Positions 26,801 to 39,983 of a stretch of 64,000 nucleotides of DNA are shown in pieces. How positions within the stretch are numbered: the first letter of the stretch is position 1; each line of letters starts with the position of its first letter. Under the pieces are notes generated by a model. It ran no database searches. It was not told the origin of the DNA and was given only the letters and a program-made list of their open reading frames with translations. The DNA is taken from positions 160,792-224,791 of the forward strand of contig DF237032.1 of the NCBI GenBank assembly GCA_000708835.1. The letters run 5' to 3'. The stretch is from Klebsormidium nitens. Lineage: Eukaryota > Plantae > Klebsormidiophyceae. The translations under genes and the position numbers were made by a program.

Positions 26801-27711
26801 TCAGTCAATTTCAACGATTTATCTCAATGCTTATAAATCTTGTATTTGTTATTCCGAAAATCGCGAGGACCAATCGGTCTTTTGCTCTCCTTTCACTGCC
26901 TCTGCTTGTTCAAAAACTCAGCATAACCGGCTCGTTATCCGAGCTTGTTTCACATCAAGAAAGTGTTCTAGTCTAGGATTCTTCGTCCTGTTTCACCTTG
27001 AGTTTGAGAAGCAGATAACGGAAGTCGTATTTCCGTACTTAGAAGCCTACGATGCTCACGGAGTCAACCATTGTTAAGAAGACTCGTAAAACTTTCCTTT
27101 GCTGCCTCCTTTTCTCGCCTTCTACAAACAGTTCCGTTCTCACAGGACGGGGACGCGTTGTGCCATGTGTTTACAAGGATGCACTCATCATCTCTCGCTG
27201 ATCTGCTGACCTGGTCCCCAAGTTAATCCAGCCCCCAGTTTGCCTGTGCCTTAACATAAATCGCAAACAATACCCTCCCTTTCCGCAGGCTGTCGCCGTC
27301 CCGTCTTCGAGCGTCACCATCGCTTCGCCGCGGCCGCCCCCCCGCGGCCCCGACGTGTCCGCGCTCACACAATCGTACCAGGAGTTCGTTCCGTCCGCGG
27401 TCCGAAAGCTGCAGCGGATGATGGAGGACACGTCGGCGCCAGGCGCGGCTGACGTCACGGGAGCGCCGCTGACGTCCGAGGCGCGTGGTTCGGTGGCAGA
27501 GAATGGTGACGGAGCACGGGTAAAGAGCTTTGCCCAAACGCGAGGGGCTTCGGAAGGGAGAGGATCGGTGAATGCTAGTGTGGATAGTATGTTGGCGTCC
27601 GTTGATATGGAAGCGGTGTTGGAACGGTACAGTGAGCGGTACAGTGAACGGCTCGCGCAGCAGTTGCTAGCAATCATGAGCAAGAGCCTGCAGAGCAGCC
27701 ACCAATTGTGA
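17817..27711 (+). CDS. WDR62/MAPKBP1-like WD40-repeat protein (~1850 aa)
   Basis: Phase-consistent exons 17817-17858, 18041-18259, 18732-19488, 19955-20202, 20614-20918, 21289-21616, 22083-22655, 23126 (or 23000)-23803, 24289-26122, 26594-26763, 27289-27711. Motifs LELRQVIG..GLAS..YAAGCVVVVY..GRFLAAGE, GHQPGVLVWD, YSDHSLYIWD, TCSADGSIRLW, AAGDRNGNLRVYD, ASGGRDRLIHLYD, DHSASIT, SHSDKSI, GHSEVCT, SLSARF and a C-terminal LERYSE helix are typical of this family. Confidence 0.9.
22965..23215 (+). repeat. 126-nt tandem duplication of a 3' splice site plus exon start in the WD40 gene
   Basis: Acceptors at 22999/23000 and 23125/23126 are both followed by cgcattgg.caa.aggg.taccggctcttctcagagggcg.cgaagac; the copies are in frame. 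Confidence 0.9.
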
Positions 27712-28377
27712 GCTTGGCCGGGTCAGAAACTCTTGAGGTTGCTGATCAGAGGTCTGGTCGGACCCCGCGACGCGCCGGGCAGTGAGCCTCAATAGGCCCG
27801 TAATGAGCCTCAATATCTCGTAACAAGGTTACGAGCACGAACCATGTTTACTTCATACCGTCATGGTTTTTTGTTGGAACTCCGTGCTAGCTCCATACAA
27901 CGAACCAATAGTAATTTCATCCGGCCCATGTTGCACGTTCCATCATGTGCATAAGTACTCTTATCTTCTCGTCCACGGCCATGCAATTATATTTGCAGCA
28001 TGCCAGACGCGGTTGAAGTGAAACGCATGACACTGGCACACGACTAGTGCGGCCTGCTGGCATGCATACCAGCACTTATGTCGGATCTGATCGGACTTGA
28101 CTGTGCACTGACCATCATTATTCCTAACAACATTACTGCTTCCCCGAGCCATTGGGGAGCTAGAGCTATATACGCATATACTGCACAATTTCCCGCGTTT
28201 CTTTTTACAACTGATCGGCTTACATGACGGTCCTCAAAAGCGACGATCCATAATTGATATGGTGCACGCGCCTGCACATAATCTTTTGAACCATAATCGG
28301 TGATCAACATGAATGGTTCGGCCGAAGAAAGTGAGCGGGCTTTCAAGCTAGGCAACAACAAGGCTTCGAGGCCTGTG

Positions 28378-31300
28378 TCAAGTTTGTGCGACCACAGCAA
28401 TCCCTAGACTCGCCTCGTTTCCAACACCGGGCTCAACAGTCGCCGCTTGGCTCCCTGCCGTTTGCTCCTCCACTGCCCCACTTTGCGTTGCCCCCGGCGC
28501 TTCGGTATCAACTACTGACGACGTCCCGGCGGCAGTCCCGTTGACGATGCCGCCCGCGGGCCCTGTTACAGCCCCATTGGTTCCTCGCTCGACAGCTAAC
28601 TCTTTCCGCACGTTCGCGCCATTTGCTCCCCCGTTTTGCGCCGACTTCGCCTCCTGCAACGCTACCGCCGCCAATTTCGACACTGGCTGCGGAACCGGTA
28701 GTCCCTTCCAGTCGGAAGGGGGGCAATCCCAGTCCGGCCCGAAGTTGAACCGTATCTCGCACGCCCGTGACTGCTTGTTGGAAGTATACAGCGACGCGGC
28801 GGGGAAGTACTGGCCGCCGAAGATGCTCCAGTAGGCCACGCCCTGGCACTCCCCGTTCTTGAAGAAGGCGACCTGGGAGTCTGGCAGAAAGGGGAGAGAG
28901 TCGCCGCTCTGAGTTTGGAATCGCTTCCGAACTCAAATTATGCCTCGACCTTGCTTTGTCATCCCCTGTCTAGTTGAAGAACGACTTGACTGTTCTGCTG
29001 CCAAAACTTCCGGAAAATTATGAGTCCGTTTTTTTGTTCGCATTCGTATCCGTTGACATGCAAAAGCGGTTTTTCTCTACGAGCGGACAGCTCGCACCTT
29101 ATGGTCCAGATTCGACGCCTCGCAAGGCGCAGATCCTCAGTAAGTGAAACCTGGACTGCTGGAATTCCCACTTTCTCTGGCCGCTGTCCCTCAAAATCTC
29201 CGCCACCGGCTTCGACTAAAGGACTGGAGCTTCGATCCAATGTTGTACAACCAGAGGCAGGTATCTGTCCCCGAACAAGAAGCTGTTTCTACAGGTTTGG
29301 TTTAAGTGCACTCAAGCAATTAGGGCAATCTGCCACCCAGGCAGGCAGCGTTTCTCCTCCTCGAGAATCTTCGATGGATCGGAAAGCACCAACTTCGAAG
29401 GAGTCCCTACTTCCGAAACGGCTTGCTTTTGGAATGGCCGTTTTCCGAGGGACATTCTTGTACCAAATTGAACTAGTAGACGCGCCTGCCCACAGTACAA
29501 CTTAAGAGCTGAACCTTGAAAAGCGAGCCGTAACGTTCCCTCACCTGAGTGCGAAGGTCATACGTTCCGTCTGAGATCCTTCTAGCTGACCTCCTGAAGG
29601 CCTGAAATCACCCGACGCCTCAAACAGAGGCTTCTGCGTTTCTGTACTTTGCGGCACTGCCTTCTCGACCTTTCAGCAACTTGCTATAATACCACCATTT
29701 TCTTTCGAAGCCACAACCAGGCCCTCAGAAGCAAAAGCAGTGGCCTCAGACAGCCGTCACCTTTTTACTTTCAAGTCAGCCCGAAAACCACTAAGCGCAC
29801 CCCTCCCTCACCTTTCAGAGGCTGCTGTGGCACCTCGGCTGTCTCTGTATGGTGCGGCTTGCCCCTATAGTCCACCAAATCCGCCTTTTCCGGCCGTACT
29901 CCCCCTGGCAGATTGATGTAACACCCGACCACATCCCCCTCCCCATACCCGGCCCCGTACTCTTCCCGCCACGTGTTGTGCACTTTGCTCCCGTCAACGT
30001 CCCGATAGCCGTAGCTGTGCGTGTCGTAACCAACGGGCGCTTGCAGGTCGCCGCCGGACATCGACCACCCGAGGCGCGTGTGGCCCGTCTCGCCTAGGTG
30101 AACGATCTTGATCTCGAAGTACCAGGCGCCGTCGTATGGGCCCGTAGTGGCGCGCACCATCCTGCGGATCCGGGGGGGTAGCTTATGGTTTTGGCGTTCA
30201 GCTTATCTTGCGTAGCTTAGAGGGATTGCGCATGTGGACCAACCGGATATGAGAGCTCACGAGGCCATTGCCATTTCAAAAGGCTTTGCAACCGCAAGTA
30301 TACTCGAGCGCTTCTCTACCGAGTCAGACAGTAAGAGCAGAGCGGCACAAAGGCAAAAAAAGGCCCTTTAAGTTCAAGCAGCCCAGAAAATACGAGCAAA
30401 GAGAGATCGAATTAAGGTTAGGCAAAAGCGGGTTAAGTCGGCACCTGTAGCCCTTTGTGCTGGAGGCCGTCAACTGGTCGGCGCTCAGCTGAATCTGGGG
30501 CGCACGCTCTGTCCGTGACAGCAGCACCTCCGTGAGGACCTCCAACGAGTCTCGGGAGGCGGGTATGAGGGCGCGCTACAGGGACAGACATGGGGCATAA
30601 GGAGTTTGATTGAACTTCCTTCAAAAGATTGCAGTGACCACAGTTTGAGAATGTTGTGCAAAAGAAGGTTCTACATAGACGCTTGATCAGAACTTTGGTG
30701 GTCTTTCGAGTGAAATCAAATCTGCGCTTCTTTTGAGATGCAGTGGTCAGGAAGTCCTTTCTTTTTCAGTATTCAGGTGCTGATTGTTAGGATTCGCTCA
30801 GAAATGTCTTTTGAAACTGCCCTAGGGCCAGAATGATCTTGTATTCTTTCACACAGAGCAATTGCACCTGGTGCGTGTCACCAGAATATTTGCAAAACCA
30901 CGGCCTTCAGACGATTCTTGAAAACTCCAGTTTGACATTCTGGAACAAGATTAAGCTTGAAGTAAGGCCCTATGCGCACCCAGTCTTCTCACCTGTTCAA
31001 CCTGCTCCCCAGGCAGCCCCACCAGCGCCGGCCTGCCATTGCCCTTCTTCGAGCCTTTCTTGCCAGACTTGCCCTTGCCTCCAGACTTCTTCTTTGACTT
31101 CTTAGCCGGAGGCTCTAAAGAAGGCGGCAGTGCAAGCTGTTCCTGCGCATCTTGGGCGAGAATCACGGTGTCCGCTTCCGAACTTTTGCGCTTTGCTCCG
31201 ATGAGCCCCTCGGGAGGGTCTGCAAGTTGAGAATGCAGATAGTCATTGGTTTGAGCAGGCTCTGGTGCTTCGGTGTTACAAATTGACGCGTCTATCTGCA

Positions 31301-31573
31301 GATGGCATTTAGTTGGGGCAACACAACTTGTCCACGGGGAATGAGGGCTTATTCTCGGCAATCAAAGCACAAACTTGGTGCATTGCCAATCTGCAGTAGA
31401 CTCTATTTCCTTATATCAGTGCAGACACTCCCTCAGAGGAGACTTCCAGCTAGCAAAGGGGCAGAGCGGCAAATTGGAATGAAGTGCATCAGCAATCAAG
31501 TCTGCACACCTGTTGGTGCTTCTATTGCAGCTATAGAGGCTGGCTCAGGCAGGGCTCCTTCACTGGGCTCCAT
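28378..31573 (-). CDS. ASH2: Set1/COMPASS subunit ASH2 (TRAUCO/ASH2R-like SPRY protein, 5 exons, ~424 aa)
   Basis: Exons 31573-31510, 31219-30993, 30575-30445, 30161-29812, 28880-28378. Motifs VLLSRTERAPQIQLSAD..KGYRMVRAT..GAWYFEIKI..GHTRLGW..APVGYD..YGYRDVDGSKVH..YGEGDVVGCYI..FFKNGECQGVAY..YFPAASLY..FNFGP. Confidence 0.93.
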
Positions 31574-32722
31574 CGCAATTGGACAGAGCTGGCTTGCCTT
31601 TAATAGTGCTCTGAAGCCAGTCAACAAAACATTACAATGAAGGATACAGAATTGCAGAGTGGTCGATGATTTCAACACATTATTCTTCAAATGCAGGCTG
31701 TGCGGCCCTGGCACTCAGGGCTGTCCTCATCAAAGTCACCACCTCCCTCCCAGTTAGACCAGATGTTGATGCTTTTAGTTTGAGCGCTCTGCTCAATTTA
31801 GTGCTCCAGATTTGTAATTACAGTATTTTAATAGAGTATGAAGTGTCGCACAATGGCCACCAGCACTGGCAGTGGCAGATTTCTGTTCCATCGTTCTCTT
31901 GTCCAGACGTTCATTAGAAATTATTGGTAACTACTAACTAGGCAAGATCCTGAGGGTCAGATTGCGTCAGATGAAAGATTGCATTCTCGCTTATACGCTG
32001 GTTCGACTTAGAGATGGGGCTAATCTTAAGTAGTGCCCCCTCTACAGTTTCGAGCGATCAAAGTTCACGTCACGATTTCTTCTCGACAGAAGAGTCAAGC
32101 GCGTATGCTCCCCAGTTCAGCAAGCTATATCAACTGATGGACCTAATATGTTTGGAAGTTGAAACCCTTTTCATCATTGAGGTTCATGTGCAGCCTGCAG
32201 GCAAATCAGCACACAGTTGCTCAGCACACAAATGCTCAGGCTCAGGCGATCAGGTGTCAGGACGCAAGGAATCAAGCTTGAGGCGGGCAATGTGTGCGGG
32301 ACTCTTTTTAGACAGCTCAGAGGGATTGAATAGCATCCAATTGTGCTGATTGATTCTGTCCCCTTCCTTACTTTGATCTGAGCTCATTGCTCTGAGCAGC
32401 TTTTTGCAAGCGCAAGCGGGTTGAATGTCAGCTGGCAGCATTGATCTGCAGCGACCTGGAAAACAATTGACATCAGAAGAGCTTCAACTTATCAAGATCT
32501 GACAACTGCTATCCAGCTGCTTTTGGAAGGGTCCCCCTCTGTGCCAAGTGCCTTCCGGTGAGCTTTCCATCCGTTGAGCCTGAAGAGCAATTTGACGCCA
32601 TAGCAAGTTTGTTTGAATTGCTTCTTCAGCAGCTAGTCCAGAATTGCAGCAACCATGCCTTTTGCAAAAATCTCAAGAAAGTGGAAGTTCTGCGCTCCAT
32701 TGCTGGCATTCTGCTCTTGCAG

Positions 32723-35700
32723 ATGGGGAGTCAATACTGGATCGTGTCCCTGCCCCTCAAAGGGACCAAGGAAGCTGCCTGGTCCGCCGCGCAGGAGAAG
32801 ATCTCTCACACTTCATTTGACACTCAAATCTACAAGGTATGGAGCAGCCCTACGTGTCTGGTATGACTGGGGCAGGAGTTGCTTGAGGGTTTACTGAAAT
32901 AGCTCACATAAGAAGTCTCTTGTCTGAAGGGCTTGTGATGCACTTGCGGTTCATTGTGCTGAGCACATTCGGATAAATGTGGACACGGATCCCAGACCCA
33001 CTGCGGTTCCATGTCATGCTTGTCAAAATGGTGTTTCTGGCTTCAAATGCTGACAACTCTTTTTCTATAACCTACAGTTACACATTCCTGAGCTACGTGT
33101 TGGCACACTTGACTCTCTCCTCGCATTAAGTGATGACCTTGTCAAGGTGGGCATTCGACTTCCTTCTTGTGGCTTAACACGAAGAAAAGCTCCAGGTTTG
33201 AGCAAATCATACATGAGCACTGCTTAAATAATTGACTCACCTCCCTAGCAATGACATACAAACATGGGGATGCAGGATACGGGAATCATGAGGAGTTTCC
33301 GATTCCGTTGGATATGCCCCCTCTTTCGGGAACCTGTGCTTAATGCTCCTTTCGATCTCTGTAGCAAAGGAAGAATTGACTGTGACTATCAGATCAAGCA
33401 TGTTGAGAAAACTTTTACCTTGGCTGATTACTTTTGCGAGAGTTGGTTTCTGCTTATCTGGACTAAGCGTTCGGACTCTTAAACTCACGGCCTTGCAATG
33501 ATGCAGGTGAGCAGCACGGTAGAAAATGTTGCAGGCAAGATTAGGAGGCAACTCGACGATCTGGACAGGGCCGGTGGAAGTGAAGTGACTGCCTTGTCCG
33601 TAGATGGCATTCCGGTGGACTCATACATCACCAGGTGAGCCCACAGATGATTGGGGCGTCCGCAATCTCCTGATCATTTGCCGTACTCGCAGCTCAGGTC
33701 CCTGACTGGAAGGAATGTATCTAAGTGGCTCTTGCACTTGGGTTCTGGATTAAGCTCGCAAGATACTCAACAGCCTCTTTGGCCAGAATCTGCCGTGATT
33801 CTCATGTTGCTCTATTGCCATGTATGGAAGCTCTTGTCACCACTGGTCCCATTTCAATTCCCTGCAGAGCATCTCAATAAAGAAATGATAAACCAGGAAT
33901 CCAACTTTTCTCCCATGGTGCAGATTTCAGTGGGATGAAGCCAAGTACCCCATCATGTCACCGTTGAGGGAGATCATGACATCCATAACGGATTCGGTGG
34001 TGAAACTAGAGGATGATCTGAAGGTGCGTGGATCCTATCCTGAGAAACTTACTGTTGTCAGCATGGGCTTGAGCGCCGGCAGCGCTCAAGAAGTTGGGCG
34101 ATGCCGACACAGGACTTCGACATGGCAAACCCGCAGTGCAAGTAGCCACAAGTGATCAATCTTTCGACTGTGCTTGCAGATCCGAGTCTCCGAGTACAAT
34201 GGTGTGAAGAGTCAGCTCAGCCAGATCAACAGGAAAGCAACCGGAAGGTGAGGCCTTGCTCCTGCCTGAGAACCTTGCTGTCGCAGAAGTCTCTTTGAGA
34301 TACTGCAGGCTGCCTGCTGATGGTTGAAAAGTGCGCTTCGAACATTCTCATATGCCAAAAACACTCCCGGGTCGAAGAAACTTCCCAATCCTCTCTGTAA
34401 AAGTTGCAGTTCTAAGCGCTCATTTCAGCATGAAAGTGGAGCCGAATCTTTGTAATCTCGCATTAACTATTCAAACACTTCGTTTTGCAGCTTGGCTGTG
34501 AAGGATCTGTCCAGTATTGTGAAGCCCGAAGACATCGTCACGTCAGAGCACCTGGTCACGCTACTGGTTGTTGTTAGCCGTTTCACTGAGAAGGAGTGGC
34601 TCACAAATTACGAGAGCCTCTCCCAGTTTGTGGTGAGTTTGCGGCCTTGACCATCGATTCCCACTCGAGCTCTGGTCGATTGCCAGATCTTGTTGAGGTG
34701 TGGAAGATATTCCAATGGAAGCTGATTTCCCTCAGTGTGATGGGCTTGGTAACTCAGATACTGGCTTGCAAGTTGTTCCCTTCTCGGAATTAGTTGGTGC
34801 AGAGCGGATGCAGACTTCCCGCCCCTTCGATACTACACGCTGCTTGTCTCCGCTTATGCTGATGTGCTGCCTGAACCGCAGCGGATGTCCTGTCACTGAT
34901 TTTACACCAAGTTTTGCTCGTGGTCTTCGGGTCTGCTACGGCACTCCGGCTCCTAATCGTCGTGTTTACCTGGATTACATGAACAGGTCCCCCGGTCTTC
35001 GACCAAGCTTGCAGAGGACAACGAGTACGCTCTTTACACGGTTGTCCTTTTCAAGAAGGTTGCGGACACCTTCAAGACGCACGCTCGTGAGAAGGGTTTC
35101 CAGGTGTGAAAGATGGCCCACTCCTCCAGGGATTCGTTCGCTTGAGATTGTCTGCACGAGCTTTGTTTTCGCGACCTGCGCGTTTTAGTTCTAGTCATCG
35201 AAGCTGGTGTTCCAAGGATTTGAACATGACAGCATAAAGTATAGGATTGGCCCATCGGTGTGCGAAAATTGGTCCCGGTCGGTCTTCTTGAAGAACCAGT
35301 GAGCATGCTGCGACTTTGTTGTCGCAGCAAACTCGAGATTCTCAAAGCTCCAGATGCGATCACACGCTGTTCAAGGATACCAGTCTAGAACGGAAGGGTT
35401 TCAAATCAGGGCCATTGACGAGTCCTTTCCGCTTGACAACCTACGTCACCACATTCGTTGTCAATCGAGCGACGGGTCATACTGATACTGGCTACAACTC
35501 TCTTGGAAGTAAACAGGACGGCCTCCTTTTCTGAACCCCGTTTTGCATGCGGTGCTTTCCAATCACAAGGGATCACGCAGCAGAAGCAGAAGGCATTTCG
35601 TGCTTCATCTCGTATGCAGAGGTCTGTTCACTTTCTTTCCAGGTGCGGGAGTTTGACTTCGACCCCGAGAACTTCGGGCAGCGGGAGGAGCAGCTGGAGA

Positions 35701-36779
35701 GGCTGCAGGCGGACATGGACGGCATGCGGATAAGCCTCCAGCAGTGGTGTGCTGCCAGCTACGGCGAGGTAAGCGACTCCTGTTCGAGTTTCGTACCTGG
35801 AAAAATTGCCCGAGGGTGTCGTTTGGGCCGTCTCGATACAGCTTCCCCGAGGGCCTTGCTACGCCGTTCTTTGACCGTTTCGAATGGTCGTTGGTTGGTC
35901 GTGCAGAGTAGCAGCGCCACTCGGTAGCCGAGAGTTCTTCACATCAGCTCAGCAGGTTCAAGGAGGAACAGCAGGTACACTGACGGACACGGAGGCGAGC
36001 AGATCCGGAGTCAGCTGGAAAGGATCTATGTAAAAGTCCACAGTGAAAGCTGTCCGCATCTGCAACGAAGCAGCGCAAGATCGCTTCTGACTGCGTGCGT
36101 GCCGGTTTTGCAGGTTTTCAGCGGCTGGTTGCACATGTGTGCTATCAGAACCTTTGCCGAGAGCATTCTGCGATACGGACTTCCTCCGGCTTTCCTGGTA
36201 AGTTGCCGCTTTCCGCCTCAATCGAGAATGCATCATGCTGACCGTCTGCTGTCAGAATCATTCTCTCCAACGATTGATCTCTTAGGGGCTAAGGTGCAGC
36301 GCTTTGCATGTCCTCATTCTGCAGCAGCTTCGAGGACTTTCACTGTACTGTTGCCTCCTCTTTTCGACGAACTGTTCGTCCTGCTGAGCATCCCTCTCTG
36401 CGTTTCGCAGTCTGTGGTCATCATTCCTTCCCTCAAGTCGGAGAAGAGGCTGCGGCAAGCTTTGGACCAGCTTGCAGGTGGCGACAAGAGGTGAGAACTC
36501 TGCGCGCTATGCTTGCCCTCTTCTATCCTAAAAGTTGCGTGGAAGGGCGAATCCTTCATTGGAAGACGAGACAAAGTGGTCTCGCTATCTTAGCCGAGGC
36601 ATACGAATGCACGAGTCCACCCCGCTAGTTGTAGAAGACAACATCTCCAGCTATGGTCTGACGCAGTTTTCCGGTGCAGCTCGCACTGGAAGTCTGGAGC
36701 CGAGGACGTCGTTCCGGGGCTTGTGATGGATACGGATCTGTACCCTTATGTCTCGCTTACCTTGAATCTTGCCACGTGA
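32723..36779 (+). CDS. VHA-C: V-type H+-ATPase V1 subunit C (DET3 homolog; 11 exons, 375 aa)
   Basis: Exons 32723-32836, 33078-33146, 33507-33634, 33924-34023, 34180-34247, 34491-34632, 34987-35103, 35643-35768, 36114-36197, 36411-36490, 36680-36779. Motifs YWIVSLP, IPELRVGTLDSLLALSDDLVK, FQWDEAKYP, SEHLVTLLVVV, EDNEYALYTV, FAESILRYGLPPAF, YPYVS. Confidence 0.96.
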
Positions 36780-37853
36780 TCTGCAAGCTGAATTCTCGGC
36801 AGACCAAGGATTCGGCTCGGACAAAGGTCAGAATAGTTGGTGGACAAAGACAAATCTTGATTTGCCATGTGATTGGACCGACCGTTCGGCTGTCAACGGT
36901 GATGCAGACTGGGCTAACCTGAAGCAGTATCTGTGGCCCCCGGCATGCTTTCTTGCTGCTCGAATCTCCTGATCCACATATTCGCCTTTCGATTTCAAAG
37001 CACGCACCAATGACAAGTCTGGCTTGTTGACATACAATCGAAGACGGTACTTGCCTCTGAGCTACATAAATCAACCTTTCAGCTGCATCTGAGTCACAAC
37101 TTACTTTCGAATCTGGTTCAACGCTAGTACCTGATAAAATTCTGACACGGCCACATGGGGACACGTATGTATGCATGATCGTGCTATTTGCATAGCCAGC
37201 ACTGGGCACTATGGGATGCATTGTGCATGTATTGGCCGGCGTACAGTGAAGGCCGGCGGCTGAGGGTCAGGCTGAGGTTCACATGCCTTCGACTTTTTAT
37301 ATGCAAGGCTCAGAAGACTTTTCTTGATTCTCATATTGAATATATTTGGCATACACTTTGCATGGCACTATAGGCGGATTGCAGCGCGCGGCCCCGTTGA
37401 ACCACCGTCATCATGCCATTATCGTCGACTCACTGAAACGCGTGTAAGAAAATTTGACCGAGAACATTGGGATGCTCATATATCAACCTTATCGTCCAGT
37501 GATGCTCAGTGCGAGTTCTTTTGGGATTTGCAACATGTGCCTGGCCTCAATGAGTATCATTCAACCATATGCTTACAAGAGTTGATTGTCCGAGTCTGAG
37601 CCTGCAAGCTGCTCAGTTCGTGCTAGCCCGTCGACACGAGCATGCCCACACGTGGGACGTTGAAGCGGACCCCCACTTTCAATATGGTGGTCTGGCGGAG
37701 CGGAGGGTAGCTGACCAATGGTTCTGGCTCTAAAATCAGAGATATATAAGTACTGAGCTAGGCACGATATCCTCCAATTCTCAATGAGTTTAGCTAACTT
37801 AAGCACCGTCCAAGGTATTTTCTGAAGCACTTGTGTGGTTCGCTCGAACGTAC

Positions 37854-38047
37854 TGGCAACTCCCTTGTCTCCCAAGGGGCTCATCTCCTAACATTTAGAA
37901 GCGTCGGGCAACTCAAATAAAAAACCCTAGCCCAAGATATTACGCGCTCCGCACCCGTACCCATAATAACCACCAAAGCAACCCTACCCTTACCCCCGGC
38001 TGTGAGCCTTAGGAGACTAGCTCTAGTAGGAGACAAGGGAGTTGCCA
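37854..38047 (-). mobile_element. MITE-like fold-back element, copy 1 (194 bp)
   Basis: Perfect 19-bp terminal inverted repeat TGGCAACTCCCTTGTCTCC (37854-37872 / 38029-38047) plus an inner TCTCCTAA pairing. The core GGGTACGGGTGCGGAGCG..TTGGGCTAGGGTTT is shared with three other loci. No target-site duplication recognised. Confidence 0.7.
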
Positions 38048-39091
38048 TGCGATCGCTCGAATTGCAAATTGTCAATAAGTACAGACTTTGATGAAACTTT
38101 ACTTAGGACCACGTGGCTCGGACAGCCTTCGGAGGTGGATCGTGGGGATGGCCAAATGCATAATATTCAGTCTGATAACATGTTGCCCGGTAAGTCAGTT
38201 AAATCATGGAACCTTCGCCAGTTTGAACTGGCGGGATTCGAAAGTTGAGAGAGCCGGTTCAGAGAGGAGACGAAGCCTCATAAAGAGTGAGGGAAGATAG
38301 ACCATTAGATCTGGCTAGCAGGCTCATACCGAGCAAAGACAAGCAGGAAAGCAGAGGACGATGTGTTCGTGAAATCAGATGGCTGGATCGCAGAAATATC
38401 TGTAGTGGTGACCGGCCGTTTGAGGACACTGACTTACGGCACGTGCTAAGGCTTCTCGAAGTAAGTCGGATTCGATCCCGGTTTTACATTGTTTGACTTA
38501 TTTTCGAAGCGATCAGAACTCGAGCCACCAAGCCACCGTGCTGTTGCAGAGGCTCATCAGCCCCTCATCAGCGGTTTCGGAAGAGTTGGCTGACGTCTTG
38601 TTGGACAGTAGGAGGAGATTCGTGTCCATCTTCCGGGCAGCATGGTTCGAAACATGGCAGCTTTGTGGCTCAAAGGAATATCAGATTTGAGCTTCTTAGG
38701 CTACCTTTCCACCACACATATATCCGTTTATATCCTAAATTAAAGCAGCAGCAATAGCAGCAGCACTGATTCTTGCTCCCTATGGGGCGAGCTTGCAAAT
38801 CCGGGGCGGCCTCCGGCGGATTCTGTTGCCAAACGGCTAAACGGTCCTCGAATTTAGTCCCTGCATTGAGATGGCGACGGGCCGGTCCGCGGATGGCATA
38901 ATGGCCCGGTGATCGAGAGGGGAGGCCTGGGAGGAGGGGCGGCCGGCGGCACCGGGTAAAGTGCCAGGCATACTAAGGCCCTGTGGCCATGGGCCCTGGG
39001 GCCTGGAGTCTGGACTTCCAATTGGAGCACCGGTGGGAATGCATGTGCACACTTCTGTTGTCATCCGTCCAGGATGTCACCATAAAGATAA

Positions 39092-39289
39092 AGTTTAATA
39101 CCTACCTATATACGTATTACGGTATCTAGGAGCTGCAAGACACGCCCGGGGGGCGGGTGGGGTTGGTATAGTGGATAGGGTGGGTTCGGGTGCGGAGCGT
39201 GTCATGTTTGTTGGTTAGGGTATTTGGTTAGGCTGCTGCCCCGGGTACTTTCTTATAAGTATTGGATCCTTAAACCTAGGTATGAAACT
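39092..39289 (+). mobile_element. Fold-back element, copy 2
   Basis: Core GGATAGGGTGGGTTCGGGTGCGGAGCG..TTGGTTAGGGTATTTGG. Outer 13-bp inverted repeat with 12/13 match (39092-39104 / 39277-39289), and CCCGGG on both inner flanks. Confidence 0.55.
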
Positions 39290-39983
39290 CGACGGATATA
39301 TGTCGTCACCCGACCTTGCATTTCAGTTTGCCTGGTTTGCACGACATTTCCAAGTTCCAACGGCGCCGGCGCAAACAAAAGATGTATTATGCACCTGGAA
39401 AAACTCGGCCTCCAGCCTTCAGCCTCCAGGTCCTCGACATGGGACCTTGGTCTTCAGTGGCAGAAGTCAAGAAGGGCAGCTTTGCAAGTCGCCCAGTCCT
39501 GCTCTCACTCTCAGACAGATTCAAATTCACGCGAACCTCAAGCTCATGTCAAGCTGCAAAGTAGCATGCAGTGCTTAGTTTCAATATTGATGAGACGCCG
39601 TGAACGTCGTTTCAGTGGTTTGCACGGCGCCTGATCGAACATCCTCCTGATCAATTAGTCTCTCGCATGTCACTTGATCTGTTCTTCTTAGCTACAGACA
39701 AGGGTTAGACACTGTCACCGAGGCAACGAGGTCACTCCAATGACGGGAGAACGGGAGTTTGAAGTTCTGCTTAGAGGAGCCTGAGACTGCAGCGGCAGCA
39801 GACGGCTTGTTGTGCATGATGTCGGTTGAAAATCAGGAATCAATGCAAGTCGTTGAAGTGCTTCAAGCAACCCCCAAGCAACCACGATTGTAGAAAACAA
39901 CCCTGGCAACAAAATCTAGTCAAACTAATCTGTACGCGGGGCCGCCGCGCACTCATAAGGAGGAATTAGGCGCATCTGATAGG

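Noticed and set aside
37324-37599. 91-aa ORF (..RKFDREHWDAHISTLSSSDAQCEFFWDLQH..) considered as a retroelement remnant
   Set aside because: No reverse transcriptase, endonuclease, integrase or transposase motif here or nearby.
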